NCBI GenBank assembly: GCA_050273025.1
Contig: CP158635.1
Location: forward strand, 27,218,001 to 27,282,000
Direction of reading: 5' to 3'
From: Cenococcum geophilum
Taxonomy: Eukaryota
DNA: 64,000 nucleotides
Part shown: in pieces, positions 24,989 through 36,835 of the stretch
How the letters are laid out: every line of letters starts with the position of its first letter
Position numbering within the stretch: position 1 is the first letter of the stretch
Notes under the pieces: generated by a model
The model's database searches: none
The model's input: the letters and a program-made list of their open reading frames with translations, nothing else
Told to the model about the DNA's origin: nothing
Made by a program: the position numbers and the translations under genes

Positions 24989-25880
24989 CTTGCTGATAAT
25001 GGAATATTTACAAAGTCGTTATGCGCTATAAATTAATTGTTAAAAGAGAGACCAGCTCACGAAGAGAATGACCGGCCGGCGGAGAGTAAAGAACGTAAGA
25101 AAGAATGACGAGTGAAAGAGACCAACTGAAATCGACGACCGTGAGTAACCCGGATGCACGACAATATGATGCAGGCAGGGAGGATTCTTATACAGGACCC
25201 CGCATTTAGGGAAGAGGTTTGTTGACTTGGTAACATGGTCAGAATCTCGGTGTTCACGTCTCGCATCCAGGACATTGCAGGCGATGTGTAGGATCTTCGG
25301 CGCCAAATACTGAGAATTTCACGATAATATTAGCCGGGCGGTACCATTGCCAACGAGCTCATGCGGTCTGGACTATGGCAATACTATGGTTTGCAGACTG
25401 CGACGTCGGAGTATACTAACGCAAGCGTCAGATAAATTTTTCGTCTTAATGAGGAATTTAGCGGGTCGCGACTACGGGGGTCGCATGATAGTTTCAGACG
25501 TCCTCGCGACCGCAGCAACCGCTATGAAGACGGAGTGCCCCGCCATGCGTTCAGACCCATCCTGAAAACTCGTAGCCTATCATGACATCAAAATGGAAAC
25601 ATCTCGTGACAATTGTGGACGTTGAGCTCTTATGCATACTTCGCGGAGAGTAGGAAGACTGATATTGAGGTTGTGGTAACGCGGGGAAGGGTCGAGTGCA
25701 AATGCTGCTACTCTCATGCATCCAAGAAACTATGCTAGATGGAGCTGAACGGCCCGACTTCGAAAGGGTGCAAGATAACAAGAAGTCGCAATGCTCAGCC
25801 ATGATCTGAAGATAAAAGAAACCAATGTTGCTCAACGCCGGATCACATACTGGCCCGTCGTCACCCAGATATATTCTCCA

Positions 25881-27033
25881 TTACGCCCGATCCAGCTTTC
25901 TCCTCAATAACCTTGTCTTCTTCATCAACTTCTTATACTTGTGCTTCTTCATCTTAAGTTTCCTTTGCCTCTTCACACTAATCAGTAACATAGTCCCTCG
26001 GTCTTTCTCTGCCCGATCCCCCCGATACTGCTGATACCTCTTCTGTCGGATTTTCATGCGATCAAGGAAAGGCTGGCGTATCTCTATGTCGGCTTGCTCC
26101 ATGGGATTCTCCATCGCTGGAACTTGAATCTCCACCATTGGAGAAGTGGATGTCGAATATGTTCGCTCACCGTTTGAATCGGTAGACTCTGTAACCACAA
26201 CCGTAGTGCTCCAGGCTTTTCGCTTCGGTTGGGGAGGTTGTACTTTAGCTCCCTCCCGAACCCGCTGCCTTGGAGCCGCTTTACGTTTTGACTGCGCCTC
26301 ATCGAAAGATACAGGTGCTGGCGGAGCTTTGAATGGCACAAATTGTGCTATCATCTGATCCACAGATATTTGTGGGACTCCGTCTAGATGCTTGACATTT
26401 TCGGAATTGGACGACGAGTTTTGTAAAATCTCTTCTCGAATATCTCTCTCTTCCTGCCCCTGCACAGCGGTCTCTAGACTTTCAACGCTATTGGAGAGGG
26501 TGTGTATGACATCTGCGTACTTGCGATTGTCTTGAAGACGAGGTTCGAATATGGAGTTGAAGGAGGCCTCGGTAGAGGGCTTTGGTATGGAGGTGGTCAC
26601 TGATATAGGGCGGTGGAGAGAGAAGAAGGATGATACCTTCACATCTGCAGATACGTCAGTGATTGCAGATATGCCGAAGGGCTTATTTTTGGGCGGACGA
26701 ACCTAGTTGCTGAAGATAATCTGTTGGTGGCACATGAGGCACGTTCAGAGATGGGGTAGCCCTCTTCCGTCCACCACGTCCGGCCGGTTTCTTTTCTGGG
26801 GACCTCGTCGATGCAGTATTAGGTGTCTGCTGGGGAGAACTTGACCTATTTGAGCCATCTGGTGGAATTGATGCCTTTGAAGATGAATGCCGGCGCTGAT
26901 GCGGTCTTCGGGAAAGGGCTTGCGATGCGGCGCCTATAGAGTTGACGGTCGCTTGGCGGCTTGCTGTACATACGGAGGTGCCAGAAATCGCGCAAGTCGA
27001 GCGTACGACTCTACCTAGCGCTGGAGAAAACAT
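25881..27033 (-). CDS. COX24: Mitochondrial small-subunit ribosomal protein mS38 / COX24-like (DUF1713); complement(join(25881..26644,26703..27033))
   Basis: Arg/Ser-rich mitochondrial presequence and the diagnostic basic C-terminus ISVKRQRKLKMKKHKYKKLMKKTRLLRRKLDR; one phase-1 GT-AG intron. Confidence 0.88.
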
Positions 27034-27779
27034 TGGCAGCTCGTAGGAGGAGTGCTGGTATCTGCTTTGCCCGTTTCAAGGTCGGTGGCCAGGCTTAGAA
27101 CTGACTGTGGTTGGCGAGACTCTCCCTGTCAGCCACGGTCCGACGATTAATCCGGGCTGCAGCAGTATTCCCTGACGGCCGGTGCAACCCTTTCGGGCTT
27201 GTCATGCTTGTTTGCAAACCCATCAGGTGCACGCTCACGCCGTCACACGGCCATCCGCATGTTCACGTAAGACAGGGTCTTCAAGCTGAAAAAGTCTAGG
27301 GACTAACGGTGCTGCTATTTGCAACAGTCCAGAATTGATTCATGCTGTGTAATATACCTCTGAAGAAGATGAAAGCCTTGCACAGCCCACACGGTGAAAC
27401 CGCCAAAATCAAGACCCCTCCGAGATTCGACTTATTTCCCCCAGTCCATACCAAATGGCAAGCCCCATGTTCTCAAAATCCAATTGCGCCAGGCCCAATA
27501 GTCATCACATCATCTGTAGAAGAACAATGATAAGAAGCGAAAAGTACCAGTCTCGCAGATCAGATTTACGGCCAGCATTCCTCTGGAATCCAGGAGTGCT
27601 CCACGGCCTCCTTGATTCCATCCTTGCCGGGTCGATGTCTGAGCTCCTGTGCTATGCCTCCCTAGCCTTGTAAAGGATGCTGAATGTATTTCTTGCCCGG
27701 TCGCTTTGTATCGTCAAGGCTCCGCCCAAAAATGAACCCAAAAGAATTTCGAATCAACGAAAATGCTTTTGTTACAAAA

Positions 27780-29071
27780 TCAAAGAATAAGCGCGTTGAG
27801 GTTGCGCTGCACAATCATATCCTGCACTGATTCCATAGTCTTCTTCAGAAGATCAGTGTCTGTGGCATTTGTGTAGTGCACATAAACCTCCTTCTTCGGT
27901 TGGCGGACGAGGTTCCTGAATTTATTCGCAAAAAACTCTTGACCCGCTTCGATGTCGGTGGGCCTGCCAGTATAGTCTGTGAATATCCTATTGATCGGGC
28001 TCATCCCTCCAGAGATCTTCTCTCTGAACAGGTCAATTTTGTTAAGGAAGAGGATCAATGCAGACCTATCGAAATATTTCGAGTTGGAGATTGATTCAAA
28101 CAGCATTAGCGCTTCGTGCATTTGGTTCTGCAGCACGTAGTTAGTTTCAAACCCACGAACAAGTTTAGACGTGATAATGGCCTACCCCATTCCGATCTTC
28201 CACCAAAACGTGGTCGTAACCGCTGATCGCGACCAAAAAGAGAACCACTTGCACGTTGTCGAAGACGTGAATCCACTTCTTTCGCTCAGACCGCTGGCCG
28301 CCGACATCAAACATACGGTAGGTCAGGTTTCCGAGATCGAAGATAGTCTCGATGATACCTGTGGTCCGTAAACGTGTGCGGAGAATATCCTGGTCGGTGG
28401 GCATGTAGTCTTTAGCAAATAGGCGGTCGACATCGGCGAAGAAGCTGCGAAATTTTAGTATTTTGGTAAAGCGATACAGTTGACCGCGACGTACTAGCTC
28501 AGGTTGTCGTGTAGAGCATACTGGTTGCCTTTGAGAATGGCTAGCTGCACACCTTTGTCTGCCCAGAGACTGTTGAAGGCGGCTAAGCAATCTAAAGGCA
28601 TTGACTCCTCGAGACCAATTTCCGGATCCGCTGCGATAAGCTCTGCGTATCTCTGTGGAAAAAGCAAGTTAGGAAAACAATGTACCTGACGATCAACAAA
28701 TGAGGACATACAATGTTGTCATCATCTTCAAAGTCCGTCTCTTGCTCCTGCATGGCTCCAAAAATAGTCTGGAAGGCAGAAACTAAGTTATTGAATATGA
28801 TGGCCCGCCATTGCTTTCGCTCAGTTTTACTGAAGCCTCCAGCATGTATTACACGCATTTGCTTTAGAACCGTAGACTTGCCGCTCTCTCCAGCTCCTAT
28901 GATCGGATCCAGTTAGCAGTAGCGGACGAATTGCTCGTGTATATAATAATCTGTACCTAGCAGTAGCAGCTTCACCTCTTTCTCCTGCCGTTTTTTATCC
29001 AGACGAATAATCTTCTCGATCTCCTCATTCCTCCTCGCGTCTGGATCCTCCGGCTTCTTTCCAAAACACAT
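27780..29071 (-). CDS. gna-2: Heterotrimeric G-protein alpha subunit, fungal group II (GNA-2/GanA-like); exons 29071-28957, 28896-28712, 28652-28495, 28444-28186, 28127-27780
   Basis: KLLLLGAGESGKSTVLKQM P-loop, DVGGQRSERKKWIH, LFLNKIDLF and TNATDT motifs. N-terminus MCFG lacks Gly2, as expected for group II. An in-frame upstream ATG at 29086 is an alternative start. Confidence 0.92.
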
Positions 29072-31370
29072 TATTCCTGGGGCCATGTATTACGTGGGCG
29101 GTGTATGCTAAGAGTGTAGGTCTATTATGGGGAAGGAAAAGATGCGAATCAATGTTACAGCTGGATAGCGGTTAGCGTTGCATTATTGTAGTCAAGAGGA
29201 ACAATAGAATTAATAGGCAGTGACAATACCAAGGAGGAAGCGATTCGCAGCGAGACAATCAAGGAGAGACGAGCCGGCGTGATCAGAGGTAAGTAGGCTA
29301 CGAGGAGGAATAAGAATAATAGTGAATGAGTGTGGCCAGTACCGTAGCTAGGCCTGTATGAGGTGCTTAGAACAGCCAGTGAGGGAATCGGATGACTGGC
29401 GAATCCCTGCCCGGCTTGGCGTCGCGGTTCTTTTTCAGAGAAACTAGGAAAGCGGAGGTCGCAGGCGTATTGGAATGCGGAATAGCGAATACGAGGGCGG
29501 CGGACGGCGGAGGAGGGCGCTGGAGCAAGACAAGCAAATGCCTTGCGGTGCCGTGAGGGACAGACGAGAGAGACTTGGATGAGGATGGCGAGGGATGGTG
29601 AACGGGCGCGAGCAAGATGCGAGCAAGACGCGAGCGAGACGAGAGTCAGACGACGAGCGAGGAAAACGAGAAAAACAAGTCTGATCAGGCTCGCAGATTA
29701 CCACCAACAACTCCAGCTACTGCTCCGCGCTACGCTTAGGAGCGCTTGGGGGTCTGCACGATAAGATTGTGATGAGGGCTCTTCTGCACCAGGCGCAACT
29801 GGCGTGGGTCTTTTGTGGCGGTAAGCTGCTCCCGTTCGCCCCGAGTGAGAGGATTTGGATTTTTAGCTGCGTTTCATTGTCTGGTTGCGTGGCTGTCGAG
29901 GGCTTTTGAACATGCCGAAACCCCCTGCATGGCCGCGAGAGTGGGTTCGGCAGGTTTCACTCTTGACTGGCCCAGCAGTCCGTCACAATCCGTTTCCTGC
30001 AGTCCTGGCGCATCCAACATCGCTGAACGCGGTCTTGGGGCGCTGTCCAAAGCCTGCGGATGCAGGGCTGCGTGGGAAGGATTTCGCGATGGCCCATCCG
30101 CGAACAAATTGCCCTGGTACACCCCTCACACGCCCACCACGGGCACCATGCATGGCCACCACGCCCTCACAATAATCCCCACCAGCGCGCAACCACCACA
30201 GACCACCACCACCACTTGCCCACCTCAGCATCCTAAATCCTTAGCAAACCCTGGGTGCTCTTAGCAAACCACCCCCCAGCCGACGTCCAAGCGCCTCCCC
30301 GTCTGCTTCGGGACACTCCGCTGTCTAGTCTAGTTCGCAGCCACCAAGCGTTGTCGGCTTGCCCGCCATTATGGCGTCGTCTGGTTTCTTTTGCAGTCTT
30401 TTCCTTACCTAGGTAGAGCCTTCGAGACCTCCGTGCGCCAAGGCTCTGGGAGCTCCGCTCGGCTCGTTTACGCTTCTTGCGACAGCCCGTCCCTCGTTGC
30501 TTTTTCCACAGCGCCTTGCAGACGACAGGGCCAACCATGCAGTCCGCCATCTTCCGCAGCAAAGTTTGGGACGGGATGATCCTGGATAAAACCAGCAGCT
30601 TCCTTCAGCTTGGGAATGGAAAATTTCCGTGAAGCACGTAGCTAGGATGCGGTGAGATTATTCCAACATGAAGGATCGCAGCGCTGCCCACACTGTCTTG
30701 CTAATCTTAAGATGCTCCCTTTACCCACTTCAATTGCATTTCTGCACCTCCGTTTTGCCACAATTCCCCTGTGCTACACCAGTGTAGTACTCCGTAGCAT
30801 TGCATGTTTAATCTAATAGCCATCCCGGAGGGCAATCGCAAATATGGTGCTCAGACCATCGCTCCTCGCCTAAGCAGACAGTTTAAAATTCTCCGTAATC
30901 TATGAATCTTAAATACACCCCTGGTCTGACAGGCTAGTCATGTATGTACCTCCAGAGGCTATTAGTCTCATGTCCTTTCCGAATACCAGCCGTTGGCGAG
31001 CATACTCAACTTCTTGTGTTTCCCCCTTGTGCTACTTCTCTGTGTGAACCCTCTTACCAATCGATAGAAGATGTCACTGTGCGGTTAGGATAAGCTGCGT
31101 TCCTCGGGACGGCACGGCACAATGGGGTTGTCTCCGCCCGCACAGGCCGCATTTAGTGTGCTTTAAAATGCTTTTGCATATGGACGTTCTAGGTGAACAG
31201 CCACGGGATAAACTTCAGCAGCGGTCTTAAGAATATTTTTATTCATTCATTTTTATGAATATATTCATTCATAACGAATGATATGCATTGAATTTATTTT
31301 CCCCTTATGAATTGAATTATTCATAAGCTTATGAATATATATATAGATTTTTTGAAGCTTTTGTGGTATA

Positions 31371-31920
31371 ACGTAACGTAGTCTGCGGGCAAGTGGACCA
31401 TGCGGGCAAGTGGGCCACTTCAAAAACTCACCAAAAATCAGGAAATTCACACCTTAATATCTCGACAACCACTTAATAATAAATTCTAATAATTTAGATT
31501 TAGACTTTCATATATACTCTGCGGCTTCTATTAAGGTTATATAGTAAATAGTTTAGTAGTTTTAAAGATATAGTAGCTTGGCCTTATTTTGGCCCTTAAA
31601 TATTAATATCTTAAAAACCACCCAACCATTTACTATGCAACTTTAATAGAAGCTGTAGAGTATATACAAAAGTCTAAATCTAAATTGTTAGAATTTATTA
31701 TTAAGTGGTTGTTGAGATATTAAGGTGTGAACTTCCTGCTTTTTTGGTGAGTTTTTGGCCCACTTGCCCGCATGGTCCACTTGCCCGCAGACTACGTTAG
31801 GTGATAGAGTTATGACGGTCGGCAAAGTTATGATGGTTCCCAACAAATTTCGTCTGTGCGCAGTTTTGATGTTCCAAACCGTCATAACCGTCATAACCGT
31901 CATAACCCTATCACCTACGT
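31371..31920. mobile_element. Small pogo/Fot1-type MITE (~126 bp without insert), host of a second MITE
   Basis: Reconstructed TIR ACGTAGGTGATAGAGTTATGACGGT / ACCGTCATAACCCTATCACCTACGT with TA on both flanks; the left TIR is split by the 31376-31797 insertion. Confidence 0.8.
31376..31797. mobile_element. pogo/Fot1-type MITE (422 bp, near-palindromic)
   Basis: Long TIRs starting ACGTAGTCTGCGGGCAAGTGGACCATGCGGGCAAGTGGGCCA, mirrored at the right end; TA TSD at 31374-31375 and 31798-31799. Confidence 0.9.
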
Positions 31921-34084
31921 TAGTAGACATTAATTTTATGAATATTGAGGTAGTAGATCATCATATAGTATTAATACTACGCCAGCCGTTCCTAAAAATA
32001 CACAGGAACTCAATATTTTGGTTTCCTGCGCGGATAGTTTCATAGTTTTTGTAGTTCTACTACCCTCCAACACCACCAGTATCACAATACTATGGCTCCC
32101 CTACAGTCAGAGTCCATCATATATAGTCATGGCAGTAGTTCTAGTACTAGGTCTGAAGTATCTAAGCCTGAGAGCAACTAATTTGATGACGCCGATACCG
32201 ACGAAGACTCCGACGCGTTATCCTCCAACCAATCCTCCGGTTCTCTCCCACCTAGCTTAAAGAAACGAAAGATTCGCTCAACAAATACTTGGTCCTATAC
32301 AAAGGCGCCTCGCGAGGGCGAGCCAGTTAAGAATAATGGCAGGCGATAATGGTACTGTGCTAAGTGTACATCCTGGTAAGAGGTAATTACTATCAATATT
32401 CGCACGCATCTACATAAGGAGCACGGTATTACCGTTAAAGAGCAGGACTCGGTAATTAAGAAAGTTATAAAGCAGAGACTTAAGGATCTATTTTAAAAAT
32501 AGGGTGAAGCCCAAGTTTAAAAGGTTAAGGAGCAGAAGGAACTTATACTAAGGGAGTCTATCAATCAACCAGTTGTTCAAGAGGCTTTGGCGCAGTTGAT
32601 CGTCATTCAAAATCTACCGTACGAGGCAGCAACTTCACCAGAGCTTCAAGCGCGTCTTAACGTATTTTCTCAGGAGCTCGGCGGACGATATCCTGGCAAC
32701 GAATGAGGCTTGGACCAGTGAATATTGAGCAAACGGAGTGCTTAAAGTCGTGGATAAGAATAGGGCTTGTAGCAGGATGGAGGAAGGAGCTTATATTGGG
32801 TATAAATATTGCGGTTGAGAATCAGGGCCGGGTGCAAGAAGGCGTCGGCGACGACGATTGATTATAACACTATGCCAAGACTGGTGATAGAGCTTACCCA
32901 AGCTATATTCATTATATGCATGCATTTATTACTAAGACCACTGAACTTTAGCGTTTCGGGAACTCATCGGGAACATATAGCTTAGTATATATTTCATGGC
33001 CTACAAAGGTTTTTTCTTCAATCGCAAATACTTTGCATCAATGCTGCATAAAGCTCCGAGTGACAAGAACCTGGTGCTTCAGATAGGCGTTTAAACAGTT
33101 GCGATGCTAAGCTTCAGGGCCGCCATGGCATGCAGCTAGGAGGCGTAGAACGCTCTGGTGAAGAAGCTTGATCGTCTGCAATAATCTCGCGTTCACTTTC
33201 CATAAACTCTATCAATGTTTTGAGAAAAGTGCTAGGTCTTCAAATCTAAAATTACAAATATTCTCATTGCGAGACTGGCAAGGCCACTCCATTAAATTCT
33301 CAAGTGTTTCCCGATCTCCTCCAATGTCCTTCACGAGGTCAAACTCTCCAAAGGACTGCAACACCAACCCATATGAGACTCTTTATATGAGACTGAGATT
33401 CTTCATGCTCTAGAAGGTTACAGTGGTGTGGAGCTTGTACAGCACACATGGAACGTAGGGATGGTGGCCGAGTACTTTAGATCTTCTCGGCTTAATTGTT
33501 ATACTACGCTGAAGGTACCGAAGCACCCCGGAGGCATCCATCAGAATATATGGCCGGTGCACTTGGGCCGATGTTGCTACTGCTTGCTTGTTGTCGAAAA
33601 CGTGTCGACTTTGTTTTCCTCCTTTCACCTCACCCCCTTCCCCTTCTGTCGTGCACAACTCTCAAACTCCCACCTTACTTTGTCATACCCCACTCCCAGT
33701 TACTTCCGGTCTGCATTACTCCTTGACTCTACATTGTCTGGACAAGTGTGAGTACCTCCACGGTTTCCGCTTGGGGTGTGGTTTACTCGTACCAGTTTTG
33801 ACGAGTTGACGCCAACTCCTTCTCTTTCTCATTCCTACCTCCTTCCTTCCCGGCTGGATGGTGAACAAGCTCTGTATCTCATACTTTGCTTCCTACATAC
33901 GGGTCAATAGCATTGAACTGAATCGTGATATCACCGAGCAATCAGAATCTGCTTTGGCGAGTTGTGAAGAGCAGCTTGGCACTGTGGCAGACGCTGAGGT
34001 GAGCGCATGATCAGCTCACCATATTTTCCTCTCCTAATCAATGCATTGACTCACAGATAATAGTAAGGCTGTCTTGCCCCGATA

Positions 34085-36060
34085 ATGACTTCAGCATCGT
34101 ACACTCCTACGTCCCTCGCAACTTCGAAATATGCTCCCGCAGCATCCCGTCTTGCCGATCAGAAAGAACCTCCTGCAACAATTATGTCTCACGCTCTAGT
34201 GACTAAGGAGCAACTGAACTCTTCGCACAAAGTTGAGCTTACAGCCTATGAGAACGGTGTAACACAGCTCGCGTTAGCTCAAGACGAGAAATTAAGCGGC
34301 ATGATAACTGAATACAACACTAAATTTGAGAAATCCTTGTCTGCCAGCATTGGTGGCCTGCGTGCTTTGATTGAGTCTCTCCGCGATACCGTCAAAAAGA
34401 CCTCGGGGTCTGATGGAAAGGGTATCGAGACTGCTAATCGTCTATGGGAGGAACTTGATCGTCTGTTCCTGCTCGCCACGGATATGAAACAGGCCGTTCC
34501 GAAGTTTCTTGACCAACAAAAGCAGAACTATGCACTATACCATCAAACCGCTCTTCATAGCAGTATTCGGCAGTCCTATGCAGAAATCAACATGCAGAAA
34601 GAGAAGATCGACCTCCAGGATAGCCTCATTCTCACCCAGCAGAAATCTTTTCTCCAATTCCAGGCTGACACGAAGGTGCAACTTGACCAGCTAGCAGAAT
34701 TCCAAGAGCGTGTTTCCAGGCTGACTCTTGATCGTGGTCTACTTAAGAACGAGCTCAACAAATCTAAAGAAGACCTGGAAAAGATGATGGCTTCTACAAA
34801 GGATGAAAAGAAAACTTGTGAAGACCTTGAGACTCATCTCAAGAATCTAGTCGCTACTAAGAAGGACCTCGAGGTTGAGAATCAGACGTTGCGCAACACT
34901 TTGTATGAAAGTCAGCTGAATGCGCTCGATGCGGTGAAACAGTCCAGCGAGGCTAAAGATAGAGTAGCTGCAGAGACTACTGCACTTCAAGAGGATCTTC
35001 AAAAGGAGATCAAGCTTCGCCAGGCCGCCGAGGCTTTGTCCGTGGAGTTGAAGCTTCAAGACGGGGCTAACAGAGCGGAAACCACCCGTTTGATGAATCT
35101 TAATAAAACGCAACTGCAGAAGTACAATGATCAGTCAAACGAGTTCGGGATGTTGGCTCATGTATGCCGCTCTTAGGTTAACATCAGTCCCTTTAGACAT
35201 ATTGCTAACATAATCTCTAGAGCCTGAGCTTGACCAAGAAGACGATCGATGAGCTCAAAGCCCAACTCGAGCAGGCGAATACGGAGATCGCCAAATTGAA
35301 GACAGAACAGAGTACCTTCTTTGTGAACAAGGGTCTACCGGAAGACACAAGCAAGATCATTGAGCTTCAGATTGACAAGAAGTCACTCCAAAGCAAGCTT
35401 GAGGAGCTGCAGAGAGAAAATGAGGAGCTAGAGCTGGAAAACAACGAGCTTATTGCCGAGAAGGCTACCTTCAAGAATACTCAAGCATCCAAGGCCGTCC
35501 CAGACGAAGGCTTGCGCAAGATCGACGAATTGCAAGCCACAATTGATAAGCTGTCAACGAGCAATAACCATCTGGAGGCTAAGGTACAGGACGTGGAAGC
35601 TAAGAAGGCCAAGCTTGGTGAGGATTTCGAAAAATGGCAGGCGCTTGCAAAGGTAAGCGACTAATCAGTACGCAATTGAGATGTGCAGTTAGTGTGACCT
35701 GTGAATTGCTTCGGATATTTAGGCAACTGCAAAATTTCTTTTATACAATCGTCTGACGTATTTTAGACGCTTCTTTGTTAAAAATCTGCTAATTCTTCTC
35801 TTTCCTAGGATGCTACCAAGCGTTACAAGGACCAGGTTGCCAAAGCTAGGGAGATGGAGAAAGGTGCGGAAGACCAACGCGCTAGGATGGATGAGAAAAT
35901 CACCCAACTTGAAGCCCAACTTGAAGCCCAGCTTGGGAGTAGCCGCAATAAAGAGAACGGCGCAAATGGATCTTCCAAGCATGAGGCTGTTACATATTGG
36001 AAGGGCCGTTACGAGTCTCTTCTGAGCAAGGTGTCTGGAATCACTAAGGAGACTAGTTAA
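34085..36060 (+). CDS. Long coiled-coil protein of unknown function; join(34085..35161,35221..35652,35809..36060)
   Basis: Three long E/K/Q/L-rich heptad-type ORFs joined in frame by two GT-AG introns with CTAAC/CTAAT branch sites; C-terminal YWKGRYESLL. Confidence 0.82.
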
Positions 36061-36665
36061 GCAGCGCGGGGGAGTGTGGTGCGACGATGAATGTGAACGA
36101 TGCATGCTCGGCGGGACACTGTTTCCCACGATTAATGATCCAATATCAGTATCAAGGACATGCCATGACGGCGTTTCTACGGGAAGAACTATTGTGTAAC
36201 TCTCGTTGGTATTGCTGTCATATGATTTGCGGAGGATGTCGATGAGTGAAACTTGCATGCCTTGTACTTGAGACCACCCAAGTAGTTTCAATGAAATGGA
36301 AGAATTGGTCCAAACCCGCCATAGCCCAGATCAAATCAAAGTAGATGAACATACATGAGACCGCCAAAATTTAGATGGTGTTCCAAACGATAAACTTTAG
36401 ACTGGTCCGGAGCTTCCGAGAAGATGTGACTGGCTAGCAATTTTTAGGGAGGCTTGAAGTATGAGTATCTGTAAAGTGAGGCGTGCTGAATGGATTTAGC
36501 CTGAATTCACGATTTACTGACATTTATTCATTGGTGCATCACAAGCCCAACAGGGCGGCGGAGGCTTGAAAAAAAAAAGTAGTTCCTACAATTCAATTAT
36601 TAGACCTTTCATGGAAATTTTCAGTTGGTAAAAATTGCCTCGAGCATGTGAGAGGGATTGGTATC

Positions 36666-36835
36666 TGTCGACCTGAATCAGGTTGTCTTGTCACCGACTC
36701 AGCTACCTCCCATTGACTCAGTCATTGACTCGGTCACCTACCCCGTCTTGACTCGGTGACCTACCCCTTGTTTCCATTGCCACCCCCCTCCCCTCATTCT
36801 TTTCTTACAATCGGTGCACGGACTACCGATCGACA
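36666..36835. mobile_element. Solo LTR (170 bp)
   Basis: TGTCGA...TCGACA termini, exact 5-bp TSD GTATC; the first 14 nt match the start of the Copia F LTR (TGTCGACCTGAATC). Confidence 0.85.

Larger units (their letters stand above)
31219..32943 (+). mobile_element. Internally deleted hAT DNA transposon
   Basis: TIRs CAGCGGTCTTAAGAATA / TATTACTAAGACCACTG; 8-bp TSD AACTTCAG/AACTTTAG; BED-finger remnant (WYCAKC...IRTHLHKEH, ~32350-32430) joined to the hAT C-terminal dimerisation motif RIFSGARRTISWQRMRLG...ECLKSW (~32660-32755). Confidence 0.9.

Noticed and set aside
33858..33998. Possible upstream coding exon of the coiled-coil gene
   Set aside because: Splicing to the nearest CAG acceptor is out of frame with the ATG at 34085; more likely a 5' UTR intron or uORF.
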